Positions 29,779-38,778 of a stretch of DNA of 64,000 nucleotides are shown here, piece after piece. The number at the start of each line of letters is the position of its first letter. Positions within the stretch are counted from its first letter, which is position 1. Location of the stretch: contig JAZUPZ010000004.1 in the NCBI GenBank assembly GCA_045605445.1, positions 1,695 through 65,694 of the forward strand. Direction: 5' to 3'. Both the position numbers and the translations under genes were made by a program. This stretch comes from Clostridia bacterium. Lineage in GTDB: Bacteria; Bacillota; Clostridia; RGIG6154. Under the pieces are notes generated by a model. That model did not search any database and had not been told where the DNA came from. It saw only the letters and a list, made by a program, of their open reading frames with translations.

Positions 29779-30672
29779 TTACTGAACAGTTACTTTGTTT
29801 TTTATAATTTCCGAAGAGCCGTTGTCATTTCCCATAAAGGCGCTGTCGCCGTGGTAGAAAATTTCTCCGTTACTGTCAATGGCATAGTAGCCGGTAGGAG
29901 AGGCACAAACTTTTATAATATTCTTCCATTCCTCCGGATTTGCAACCTCTTTCATTGAACCGAAAAATTTAACGGTTCCGTCGCTCTGGAGAATAATGCC
30001 GTTGTCTTCGCAAACAGAAAGCTGTGTAATATTCTTGTAGAATTTTATATCATCAAGGTCAAAACGGTTGTCTCCTGCGGAAACAGCGCTTCCGTCTGCC
30101 TTTATTCCAATAGTGCACATCTGTCCCGCGCCAATTTCAACAATACCCTTAAATTCGGTAAGGTCACACTGCCCTTTGTCGTTTCTTCCTGTTGCAACGC
30201 AGGTTCCGTTCTTTTTCAGGCCTACCGTATGACCGCCTGATGTGGCAATGTCAACAATATCTGTCCAGGAGGAAACCTCTGCCTGCCCTTTCGAGTTGTC
30301 GCCCGAGGCAACAACCGTTCCGTCTGATTTTAAACCAACCATAAAGTTGCTTCCGCCGGAAAGCTTAACAATGTTGTTCCAGCCTTTTATGTCTTCAAGA
30401 TTTTCGTTGAGCTCGCCCTTTACTTCAAGGGTGCCGTCGGGCTTTAAAGCAATTATGCTGCTTTCGAAAACGAAAATATCCAAAACTTCTGAAAAATCGG
30501 AAGCCTCTTTGAAAGCCCCTTCAACCTTAAGCTGTCCCTTCTCCAAAAGAGCAACCGAGGTTGCCGAAGCCGAAATTTTTGCATCTGTAGTAACAGATTT
30601 TACCTCTTCCCCGCAGGATGCAAGAGAAAAAGTTATAATCAATGCTGTTAATAATGAAAGAATTCTTTTCAT
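29779..30672 (-). CDS. RCC1/BLIP-II-like repeat lipoprotein.
   Basis: Lipobox LASCGEE. Repeated DGTVVASGDNSKGQ / NGTCVATGRNDKGQ / DGSAVSAGDN modules. AAGGAG RBS. Confidence 0.6.
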   Translation of the reverse strand: MKRILSLLTALIITFSLASCGEEVKSVTTDAKISASATSVALLEKGQLKVEGAFKEASDFSEVLDIFVFESSIIALKPDGTLEVKGELNENLEDIKGWNNIVKLSGGSNFMVGLKSDGTVVASGDNSKGQAEVSSWTDIVDIATSGGHTVGLKKNGTCVATGRNDKGQCDLTEFKGIVEIGAGQMCTIGIKADGSAVSAGDNRFDLDDIKFYKNITQLSVCEDNGIILQSDGTVKFFGSMKEVANPEEWKNIIKVCASPTGYYAIDSNGEIFYHGDSAFMGNDNGSSEIIKNKVTVQ

Positions 30673-30928
30673 TGTAAGTCTCCTTTTAAAAGTTATGTAA
30701 GTATTTTATCACAAATCCCGTCGTTTGTCCATATGTCCGTATTGCAAGGATTACCGGTATCAACACAACGGTTTTCAAAAAATAAAGCAAAACCTAAATC
30801 TTTTTTGTAATTAAAGTTCTGTTTCTTTCATATATATTATGAAAAGCAGCAGACTTTTTTAATTTGTCAATAAAAAAGAATTTTAACACTTAACCAAAAC
30901 AAGCTGTAAAAAATTTTTCAAAAAAGTG

Positions 30929-30976
30929 TTGACAAATTTAAAAATTGATGTTATTATAACATTGTAATCATTACAA
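30929..30976 (+). promoter_or_regulatory. SigmaA promoter (TTGACA-N17-TATTAT) with a Fur-family 7-1-7 box (TTGTAAT-c-ATTACAA, PerR-box-like) just downstream of the -10.
   Basis: The box lies at 30962-30976. The Bacillus PerR consensus is TTATAATnATTATAA. It sits immediately upstream of a Fur-family gene followed by rubrerythrin and ferritin. Confidence 0.5.
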
Positions 30977-31013
30977 AGTTGAAACAGTTACAAAAAATGA
31001 AGGGAGAATGCCT

Positions 31014-31412
31014 ATGAATGTTGCGGCAAAGCTCATTGAAAATGGAATAAGTCCCTCCATTACAAGAATAAAAATTTATGAATACCTTTACGGTAATAAA
31101 AATCATCCTACTGTTAACGAGGTATACATAGATTTGTCAAAGGAAATTCCAACTCTTTCAAAAACAACGGTTTATAATACCGTAAAGCGTTTTAAAGAGA
31201 CGGGGCTGGTGAAAATGATTACCATTAACGAAGAACAGGTAAGAATTGACGGCAATCCCGATTTCCACGGACATTTCTTATGTTCAGAGTGCGAAAAGGT
31301 TTTCGACTTTGATATCCCGAAAATGGAAGATACGTTGCCCGGCGGTTTTGAAACCGACTTGAGAGAGGTATACTATACGGGACTTTGTAAATGTTGTTCA
31401 CACAAAAGATAA
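31014..31412 (+). CDS. perR: Fur family transcriptional regulator, PerR-like.
   Basis: DNA-binding helix ...TVYNTVKRFKETGLV... and structural Zn CxxC...CxxC (CSECEK...CKCCSHK). The genomic context is peroxide-defence genes. Confidence 0.7.
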   Translation: MNVAAKLIENGISPSITRIKIYEYLYGNKNHPTVNEVYIDLSKEIPTLSKTTVYNTVKRFKETGLVKMITINEEQVRIDGNPDFHGHFLCSECEKVFDFDIPKMEDTLPGGFETDLREVYYTGLCKCCSHKR

Positions 31413-31445
31413 AAATTTTAATTAAATGAAAAGGGGTAAAAAATT

Positions 31446-32033
31446 ATGGCAAAATTTGTATGTTCAGTGTGCGGTTATGTTCACGAAGGAGATTCAGCTC
31501 CTGCAAACTGTCCGGTATGTAAGGTTCCGGCTGAAAAGTTCAAAGTTATGGAAGAGGGCGCAGCTCTCGCAGCAGAACACGAATACGGTGTTTATGCAAA
31601 AACAGTTAAAAACAATCCCGACATCTCAGAAGAAGATAAGAAATATATCTTTGAACAGCTCGTTGCTAACTTCAACGGCGAATGTTCAGAAGTAGGAATG
31701 TATCTTTGCATGGCAAGAATTGCTCACAGAGAAGGTTATCCTGAAATAGGACTTTACTGGGAAAAAGCAGCTTACGAAGAAGCTGAACACGCAGCTAAGT
31801 TTGCAGAACTTCTCGGCGAAGATTTAGAACCTAATATGAAGGCTACAACAAAAGACAACCTCAAATGGAGAGTTGACTGCGAATACGGCGCAACTCAGGG
31901 TAAATTCGACCTTGCATCTTGCGCTAAGAAAAACGGCCTCGACGCAATTCACGACACAGTTCACGAAATGGCTCGCGACGAAGCTCGACACGGCAGAGGA
32001 CTTGAAGGTCTTTTAAAGAGATATTTTAAATAA
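31446..32033 (+). CDS. rbr: Reverse rubrerythrin (N-terminal rubredoxin-like CxxC-x12-CxxC plus a ferritin-like di-iron domain).
   Basis: [27 protein letters not shown], then E..H di-iron ligand motifs ([22 protein letters not shown]). Confidence 0.85.
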   Translation: MAKFVCSVCGYVHEGDSAPANCPVCKVPAEKFKVMEEGAALAAEHEYGVYAKTVKNNPDISEEDKKYIFEQLVANFNGECSEVGMYLCMARIAHREGYPEIGLYWEKAAYEEAEHAAKFAELLGEDLEPNMKATTKDNLKWRVDCEYGATQGKFDLASCAKKNGLDAIHDTVHEMARDEARHGRGLEGLLKRYFK

Positions 32034-32091
32034 TAACCAAAAAGGCCGTAGCATAAAATGCTGCGGCTTTTACATAAAAGGAGAGGTAATT

Positions 32092-32607
32092 ATGTTAGAT
32101 AAAAAAGTAGCAAATTTAATTAACGAACAAATTAACAAGGAGCTGTATTCTGCTTATCTTTATCTCGATTTTTCAATATTTTATGAAGACAAGGGTCTTG
32201 ACGGTTTTGCAAACTGGTATATGATTCAGGCGCAGGAAGAAAGAGACCACGCTATGCTTATGTTAAGATATCTTCAGAATAACGGCGAAAAGGTTACATT
32301 GGAAGCTGTTGCAAAGCCTGATAAAGAGATGGAAACTCTTATGGATCCGTTAAAGCTCGGTTTTGAACACGAACAGTATGTAACAGGGCTTATCAACACA
32401 ATTTATGCTGCAGCTTATGAAATTAAGGATTTCAGAACAATGCAGTTTTTAGACTGGTTTGTCAAAGAACAGCTTGAAGAAGAAAAGAATGCCGATGATA
32501 TGATTAAAAAAATGGAGCTTTTCGGCAACGATTCAAAGGGGCTTTATTCTCTTGACAGCGAATATGCTGCAAGAATCTACACAGCTCCGTCTCTTGTTCT
32601 TGACTGA
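32092..32607 (+). CDS. ftn: Ferritin (non-heme, bacterial Ftn type).
   Basis: Ferritin ferroxidase-centre motifs ...EQINKELYSAYLYL...QEERDHAMLMLRY... Confidence 0.85.
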   Translation: MLDKKVANLINEQINKELYSAYLYLDFSIFYEDKGLDGFANWYMIQAQEERDHAMLMLRYLQNNGEKVTLEAVAKPDKEMETLMDPLKLGFEHEQYVTGLINTIYAAAYEIKDFRTMQFLDWFVKEQLEEEKNADDMIKKMELFGNDSKGLYSLDSEYAARIYTAPSLVLD

Positions 32608-32689
32608 TAAAAAAGTTGTAAAGAATGACATTTTGGTAGAAAATTCAAAAAACCATTGACAAATAAAAAATACGGGAGTATAATACGTT

Positions 32690-32972
32690 TAAAATTTGAA
32701 TATCACAAAAAACGACTGTGACGAGGACGGTCGGATTGTGAGGCCTTGAGAGAGTTGCCGGGTGGTGCGAGGCAATGGCGGAGCTTTCCAATGACTTATC
32801 ACCTCCGAGTCGAAGGACCGAAAGCAAAAGCAAGTAGACTCCTTCCGTAATGCTGCGTAAAGGCAAAGGGCTTGATGGAGCCCGGTGAGTGACGGAATAT
32901 ATTTTCCGTAATTTGAGTGGTACCGCGGGTAGTTTAACCCGTCTCAAAGTTATCTTTGAGACGGGTTTTTTG
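32690..32972 (+). promoter_or_regulatory. T-box riboswitch leader. The promoter (TTGACA-N17-TATAAT) lies at 32656-32684, the T-box motif at 32910-32928 and the intrinsic terminator at 32935-32972.
   Basis: AGAGAG-containing Stem I region. The conserved T-box sequence aatttgaGTGGTACCGCGgg is present. A terminator follows (aacccgtctcaaag-ttatc-tttgagacgggtt plus a T7 run), with its 5' strand able to pair alternatively with the T-box (antiterminator). The specifier codon could not be assigned by eye. Confidence 0.7.
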
Positions 32973-33031
32973 TTTTATTCAGATTTGTAACCAAAAAACA
33001 GATTTGTCAGAAATGAAAGGAGACAAAAACA

Positions 33032-35332
33032 ATGGATTACAGTTTGAAAGAAGTAGCAGGCAGAATCAAAGACCTGCGCGAAGCAAAAGGATACACTCAG
33101 GAGGAGCTGGCAAAGCTTTGCGGCGTATCTGCAGAAGATTACAAAACTCTTGAGTTGGGCGAAACGGATTTCAGCTTCACGTTTATTTACAAATGTGCCA
33201 AGGCCTGCGGAGTTGAAGTTGTTGACCTGCTTGACGGAACAAGCACAACGCTTACCTCCTTTGCAGTTACAAGAAAAGGGGAAGGTCTTAAAATTGTTAA
33301 GAAGCACGGCGTAGAATACAACAACCTTGCTCCGAAATTCAAAGAAAAGCTTGCAGAGCCCTTTCTTGTTAAATTCCCTTATATCGAAGAGGAACAAAAT
33401 GCTCCTATCCCGCTGAATTCTCACAACGGTCAGGAATTTGACGTTATCGTTAAAGGTTCCTTAAAGGTTCAGGTTGGAAATCACATAGATGTTCTCAACG
33501 AAGGAGACTCTATTTTCTATAACAGTATTATTCCTCACGGAATGGTTGCAGTATCAGAGGGCGGTTGCGAATTCCACGCAGTTGTTCTTAATCCTCAAAA
33601 TGGAACGGTAAGCGAGGAATATCCGGAAGCGCCGATGATTGCGGCAAAAGCTGAAGCTAAAAAAGCAAAATCAGAAACAGTTGCAGATAAATTTATCGAA
33701 TCGTCTTATGATGAAAACGGCGTGTTCAACGGAATCACCTTCAAAAATGAAGATAAGTTCAATTTTGCTTTCGACTGCGTTGATGCAATTGCAGAAAAAA
33801 ATCCCGACAAGCTTGCAATGATGTGGGTTGCAAACGACAAGACCGACAGAAAATTCACCTTCAGCGATATGAAAAAATATTCTGCAAAAACAGCAAACTA
33901 TTTTGAATCGCTGGGAATCAAAAAGGGCGACACGGTAATGCTTGTGCTGAAAAGACATTATCAGTTCTGGTTCAGTATGCTTGCTCTCCATAAAATCGGA
34001 GCTATCGCAATTCCTGCAACAAACCAGCTTGTGGAACACGATTTTGAATACAGATACAAAGCGGCAAGGGTAAAGGCAGTTGTCTGTACCGCCGATGGCG
34101 ATGTTGCGGCAGAGGCCGAAAAAGCTGCGGCACAGTTCCCCGGAATGGTTAAAGTTCTGGTTGGCGGAAGCAGAGAAGGCTGGAACGATTTCAACGTTGA
34201 AATGGAGCGCTTCAGCACTCATTATAACAGAACGGAAAATACTCCCTGCGGAAACGACCCTATGCTTATGCTCTTCACCTCGGGCACAACAGGTTATCCG
34301 AGAATTGCAACTCATTCATACAAATATGCTCTCGGCCATTATCCTACAGCAAAGCACTGGCATAATGTAAATCCTGATGGACTTCATTTTACAATTTCCG
34401 ATACAGGCTGGGGAAAAGCTCTCTGGGGCAAGCTTTACGGCCAGTGGCTCTGTGAAGCGGCAACATTTACCTACGATTTTGACCGCTTCCATTCAGAGGA
34501 CATTCTGCCGATGTTTGCAAAATATAATATAACAACCTTCTGTGCACCGCCTACAATGTACCGTTTCTTCATCAAAGAGGATTTGTCAAAATATGACCTT
34601 TCTTCAATAGAATATGCAACAACGGCGGGCGAGGCATTAAATCCCGAGGTGTTCAACCAGTTTAAAAAAGCAACGGGACTTACAATTATGGAAGGCTTCG
34701 GTCAGACCGAAACAACCCTTTCAATTGCAAACTTTGTAGGTTCAACTCCGAAAATCGGTTCAATGGGAAGACCAAGTCCTTTGTACGATGTTGTTGTTCT
34801 TGACCCTGACGGAAAGGAATGTAAAACGGGCGACACCGGTGAAATCTGCATTCGTGTAAAGGAAAACGTTCCCTGCGGGCTCTTTATCGGTTATTATCTT
34901 GACGAAGAAAAAACAAATGAAGTGTGGCACGACGGATATTATCATACCGGTGACCAGGCAACAATGGACGAAGACGGTTATCTCTGGTATGTGGGCAGAA
35001 TTGACGATGTTATCAAATCGTCAGGCTACCGTATCGGACCATTTGAAATCGAGAGCGTTATTATGGAGCTTCCTTATGTTCTTGAATGTGCAATTACTCC
35101 CGTTCCCGACGAGGTAAGAGGTCAGATTGTAAAGGCAACTGTTGTTCTTGTAAAGGGACAGCAGGGTTCGGAGGAGCTTAAAAAAGAAATTCAGGAATAT
35201 GTTAAAACTCATACGGCTCCTTATAAATATCCAAGAATTGTTGAATTTGTAGATGAACTTCCGAAAACCATAAGCGGTAAGGTAAGAAGAGTTGAAATTC
35301 GCAAAAACGACCTTGAAAAAATGAATAAGTAA
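33032..35332 (+). CDS. Fusion protein: an N-terminal HTH-XRE plus cupin regulator module (about 190 aa) joined in frame to an AMP-forming acyl-CoA synthetase/ligase (about 570 aa).
   Basis: Residues 1-60 are an XRE HTH (LKEVAGRIKDLREAKGYTQEELAKLCGVS). Residues 100-190 are a cupin (HNGQEFDVIVKGSLKVQVGN...). A linker ...AAKAEAKKAKSE follows. The ligase carries the AMP-binding signature LMLFTSGTTGYPRIATHS, then YHTGDQATMDEDGYLWYVGRIDDVIKSSGYRIGPFEIE and a terminal PKTISGKVRR. No in-frame stop exists between the modules. Confidence 0.65.
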   Translation: MDYSLKEVAGRIKDLREAKGYTQEELAKLCGVSAEDYKTLELGETDFSFTFIYKCAKACGVEVVDLLDGTSTTLTSFAVTRKGEGLKIVKKHGVEYNNLAPKFKEKLAEPFLVKFPYIEEEQNAPIPLNSHNGQEFDVIVKGSLKVQVGNHIDVLNEGDSIFYNSIIPHGMVAVSEGGCEFHAVVLNPQNGTVSEEYPEAPMIAAKAEAKKAKSETVADKFIESSYDENGVFNGITFKNEDKFNFAFDCVDAIAEKNPDKLAMMWVANDKTDRKFTFSDMKKYSAKTANYFESLGIKKGDTVMLVLKRHYQFWFSMLALHKIGAIAIPATNQLVEHDFEYRYKAARVKAVVCTADGDVAAEAEKAAAQFPGMVKVLVGGSREGWNDFNVEMERFSTHYNRTENTPCGNDPMLMLFTSGTTGYPRIATHSYKYALGHYPTAKHWHNVNPDGLHFTISDTGWGKALWGKLYGQWLCEAATFTYDFDRFHSEDILPMFAKYNITTFCAPPTMYRFFIKEDLSKYDLSSIEYATTAGEALNPEVFNQFKKATGLTIMEGFGQTETTLSIANFVGSTPKIGSMGRPSPLYDVVVLDPDGKECKTGDTGEICIRVKENVPCGLFIGYYLDEEKTNEVWHDGYYHTGDQATMDEDGYLWYVGRIDDVIKSSGYRIGPFEIESVIMELPYVLECAITPVPDEVRGQIVKATVVLVKGQQGSEELKKEIQEYVKTHTAPYKYPRIVEFVDELPKTISGKVRRVEIRKNDLEKMNK

Positions 35333-35358
35333 CTTTATTTGGTAAGAAAATAAATGAG

Positions 35359-36804
35359 GTGATTCAAGTGAAAAAAACCTATGTAACATCAATGCCGAAC
35401 CATATCGGGGCATTTTTAAAGGCGAGCAGGTGCTTTTCTCTGCTTGGGGTAAATATAACCCGTGTAAGCTATAACAAAGCGGTTGATTCACATACCTTGT
35501 TTATTGACGCTGAAGGCACAGGAGAACAGCTTGAAAAGGCAGATGCCGAGCTTGAAAAAATTGGGTATCTGCAAAACAACGAAAATAAAACGAGCATTGT
35601 TTTGTTGGAATTTTGCCTTGAGGATGTTCCCGGGAGCGTAACCGGTGTGCTTGAGCTTATAAATGAGTTTAATTTCAATATTTCATACATCAGCTCCCAG
35701 GAAAACGGAACAGATTATCAGTATTTCAAAATGGGACTTTATGTTGATGATCCCGATAAGGTTTCAACGTTTCTCAAAGAGGCGGAAAAGCTTTGCAGAG
35801 TTCGCGTTATAGATTACAACAGCTCGGAAAAGATATATGATAACAGTATTTTTTACAATACCTATGTAATGGGGCTGTCGCAGGTAATGGGGCTTTCAGA
35901 AGAAATAAGCCGGGAGCTTCTTGTTCACGTTAACCTGGCAATGCAAACTCTTGATGAGCAGGGCTTGTCTCCTTACAGAACCTTTGACAGCATCAGTAAA
36001 TTTGCAGAGCTCCTCGGGGCATCGCGGGGGAAGAATTTCAATCCCCGCATAAGCAGTCATAAGATAACGGAGAATACCGAAATTGTTCTTATAGAGCCGC
36101 CCTGCGGAAGTAATACGCTTATTATAAAAAGTAATGGCAGAGTACTGTTTGTTGACAGCGGCTACGCCTGCTACAAGGATGAAATGCTTGAAATTTTCAG
36201 AAGAATTCTTCCCGGCTTTGACGAAATGGAAAAAACAATTCTGGTTACTCATGCAGATGTTGACCATTGTGGACTGCTTCCGCTTTTTGACAGAGTAATT
36301 GCAAGCGGAAAAACCGCAGACTGTCTGAAAAAAGAGTATAACGGGAAAAACGGGTACAGGGAATCAAACCCGCTTCATAAGCCTTATATAAATATCTGCA
36401 AAATTCTTACTTCGTATAAGGCGCCAACCCCCGAAAAGCTTTCAACTCCGTGGGGAAATAGTGAAAATCCTTCCAAGCCTCTTGAACAAGTCGGATTCTA
36501 TGATTTTGAAGAACTTCACTTTGAGGTGTATGAAGGATGCGGCGGTCATCTGCCCGGAGAAACTGTTCTTATCGATTATTCAAAGCATATTGCAATTACA
36601 GGGGATATTTATATAAACACCCATGGGCTTACGGCTCAGCAGGCGGAATATAATCAGTATGCGCCTATTCTTATGACCTCGGTTGATACTGACCCGAAGC
36701 TGTGCGTTGAAGAAAGAAGGGCAATTGTTGAAAGGCTCGGCGTAGGTAACTGGCAGATTTTCGGTGCTCACGGCTTTAAAAAAGATTATTCGGTAAATTC
36801 ATAA
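35359..36804 (+). CDS. ACT-ACT plus metallo-beta-lactamase-fold protein. The start is uncertain (GTG 35359 or GTG 35368).
   Basis: Two N-terminal ACT-like beta-alpha-beta-beta-alpha-beta units (TYVTSMPNHIGAFLKASRCFSLLGVNITRVS; IVLLEFCLEDVPGSVTGVLELINEFNFNISYI). The C-terminus has an MBL-like motif (ILVTHADVDHCGLLPLF). A 26-nt gap separates it from the upstream gene. Confidence 0.55.
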   Translation: MIQVKKTYVTSMPNHIGAFLKASRCFSLLGVNITRVSYNKAVDSHTLFIDAEGTGEQLEKADAELEKIGYLQNNENKTSIVLLEFCLEDVPGSVTGVLELINEFNFNISYISSQENGTDYQYFKMGLYVDDPDKVSTFLKEAEKLCRVRVIDYNSSEKIYDNSIFYNTYVMGLSQVMGLSEEISRELLVHVNLAMQTLDEQGLSPYRTFDSISKFAELLGASRGKNFNPRISSHKITENTEIVLIEPPCGSNTLIIKSNGRVLFVDSGYACYKDEMLEIFRRILPGFDEMEKTILVTHADVDHCGLLPLFDRVIASGKTADCLKKEYNGKNGYRESNPLHKPYINICKILTSYKAPTPEKLSTPWGNSENPSKPLEQVGFYDFEELHFEVYEGCGGHLPGETVLIDYSKHIAITGDIYINTHGLTAQQAEYNQYAPILMTSVDTDPKLCVEERRAIVERLGVGNWQIFGAHGFKKDYSVNS

Positions 36805-36914
36805 AACACATAAAAGAGTTGTAACGATGCGTTGCAACTCTTTTTAGTATACACTTGAAAAAATCATTGCGGGAGTATATAATAGTACAATAAAAGATAA
36901 AGGGGACAGGGAGA

Positions 36915-38549
36915 ATGGAAAATCTTTTTCGCAGTAAAGAGGATTACAGAAATTTTGTAAGAGAGCTTACAATTCCGCTGAAGCCTTTTTATTCGGATGG
37001 CAAAGCAGAACTTAAATACGGAGTACAGTCTTCAAGAGCAGAAGAAAAAACTCAGAGAACAGAAGCTTTTATTCGTCCTTTGTGGGGACTTGCACCGCTC
37101 TGGGCAGGTGGCGGAGAATGTGAAGATTTTGATAAAATATACCTTGAGGGAATTATAAACGGAACCGACCCGGAGCATCCCGAATACTGGGGAAAGCTTA
37201 GGTCACACGCACAGGAACTTTGTGAATCCCCTGCGGTTGCACATTCTGTTCTTATGGCGTCCCATAAGCTGTGGGACCCTCTTACAGAAAAACAAAAGGA
37301 CAACCTCTCTGATTGGCTTTACGGTGCAAACGGACTTGACCATGCCGACAACAACTGGCACTTCTTCCCTTTGCTTGTTAATGTGTGTCTTAAAAAGCTT
37401 GGCAGAAAATACAGTCAGGAAACTATAGACAAAAAGCTTGAGATAATCGATTCTTTTTACAGAGAAGACGGATGGTATTCCGACGGAAAACGTAATCGCT
37501 TTGAATACTATGTTCCTTTTGCACTTCATTTTTACGGACTTATTTATGCAAAGCTTATGGAAAAGGATGACCCTGAAAGAAGCAAGCTTTTCAAAGAAAG
37601 AGCAATGCTTTTTGCAAAGCATTATATTTATTATTTTGATGAAGAGGGAAGAGAAATTCCTTTCGGACGATCACTTGTTTACAGATTTGCCCATCTTTCT
37701 TTCTGGTCTGCTTGTATTTATGCAGGAATTGAGCCTTATCCGATGGAGGTTATGAAAGGTATTATCGCCCGCAACTTAAGATGGTGGATGAGTATGCCCA
37801 TTTTAGATAATGCGGGTATTCTTAACATAGGTTATGGCTATAATCAGCCTCATATGGCAGAAGGCTACACAGCGTTCGGCTCGGCTTTCTGGTGTATGAA
37901 AACAATGATTCTTCTGGCACTTCCCGACGAACATCCTTTCTGGTCAGCAAAAGAAGCACCGCTTCCAAAGCTTGACAGTGTTCACATAATGAAAGAGCCT
38001 TCCATTGTGGTGCAGAGAATAAACGGCTATGCCTGCCTGCTTCCGACAGGACAGAACGGCGGTGTTGAAAACCACAGCGATGAAAAATATTCAAAATTTT
38101 TATACAGTTCAAAATACGCTTTCAGCATAGCCGGCTCTTATGCCAATTTAGATTCTGCAGGTGCCGACAATATGCTTGTTTTTGAGCATAAAGGACAGTA
38201 TTTTATACGTCGTAAATGTATTGAATATAAGGTTAACAACGATGCAAGTGTTTACTCAAAATGGGCACCCTTTGAAGGTATAACAGTTGAAACCCTTATA
38301 GTTCCCACCGGGGATGGACATATCCGTAAACATAAAATTGAGGCAAACAACGAATATGTGGCTTACGATTGCGGCTTTCAGCTTGAAGAGGAAAGCGGCG
38401 ATGTTATCGGAAACGGAGAAAGTGTTGTAATAACAACTGCTCCTAACCTTAATCTTTATAATCCCCGACCTCTTAAAATGAAAGCAGTTAAATATATTGT
38501 AAAAAAAGGAATAACGGAAATTGAAACAAAAGTTGTTTATCCAAAGTAA
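36915..38549 (+). CDS. DUF2264 family protein (predicted alpha/alpha-barrel glycoside-hydrolase/lyase-like).
   Basis: 544 aa, cytoplasmic, with a W/Y/F-rich core (…GWYSDGKRNRFEYYVPFALHFYG…). Assignment to DUF2264 is from memory of the family signature, not a search. Confidence 0.5.
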   Translation: MENLFRSKEDYRNFVRELTIPLKPFYSDGKAELKYGVQSSRAEEKTQRTEAFIRPLWGLAPLWAGGGECEDFDKIYLEGIINGTDPEHPEYWGKLRSHAQELCESPAVAHSVLMASHKLWDPLTEKQKDNLSDWLYGANGLDHADNNWHFFPLLVNVCLKKLGRKYSQETIDKKLEIIDSFYREDGWYSDGKRNRFEYYVPFALHFYGLIYAKLMEKDDPERSKLFKERAMLFAKHYIYYFDEEGREIPFGRSLVYRFAHLSFWSACIYAGIEPYPMEVMKGIIARNLRWWMSMPILDNAGILNIGYGYNQPHMAEGYTAFGSAFWCMKTMILLALPDEHPFWSAKEAPLPKLDSVHIMKEPSIVVQRINGYACLLPTGQNGGVENHSDEKYSKFLYSSKYAFSIAGSYANLDSAGADNMLVFEHKGQYFIRRKCIEYKVNNDASVYSKWAPFEGITVETLIVPTGDGHIRKHKIEANNEYVAYDCGFQLEEESGDVIGNGESVVITTAPNLNLYNPRPLKMKAVKYIVKKGITEIETKVVYPK

Positions 38550-38557
38550 AATGTTTC

Positions 38558-38587
38558 GGGAGCTGTAAAAATTACAGCTCCTTTTTT
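38558..38587 (+). terminator. Rho-independent terminator ending the T-box operon.
   Basis: gggagctgtaa-aaat-ttacagctcc followed by tttttt. Confidence 0.65.
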
Positions 38588-38778
38588 ACGTTTTCTGTAT
38601 TTATATCCCCCTCTTGATTTGAGGTTTTGGAAAAACTTTGGAATTTATAAAAATATGTATAAATAATTTGTAAAATGCAACTTGTCAACAATTTGTCGTA
38701 AATTAGCAATATATAAGTATTGAAAAAGAAAACTTTTGAGTGTATAATTAAATAAAGTAAAACAGAAAGGAAATAATA

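Noticed and set aside
32645-32947. 100-aa minus-strand ORF in the ferritin-to-fusion-gene intergenic region
   Set aside because: It lies entirely within the plus-strand T-box riboswitch leader (promoter, T-box motif and terminator all evident). Its translation is low-complexity, with no RBS.
33671-34315. 214-aa minus-strand ORF
   Set aside because: Antisense to the acyl-CoA synthetase domain, which has clear family motifs. Cys/Phe-rich low-complexity translation.
33032-35332. Possibility that the HTH-cupin regulator and the acyl-CoA synthetase are two separate genes
   Set aside because: There is no in-frame stop codon anywhere between the modules and no internal RBS+start arrangement is needed. 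I keep it as a fusion but flag read-level verification in the findings.
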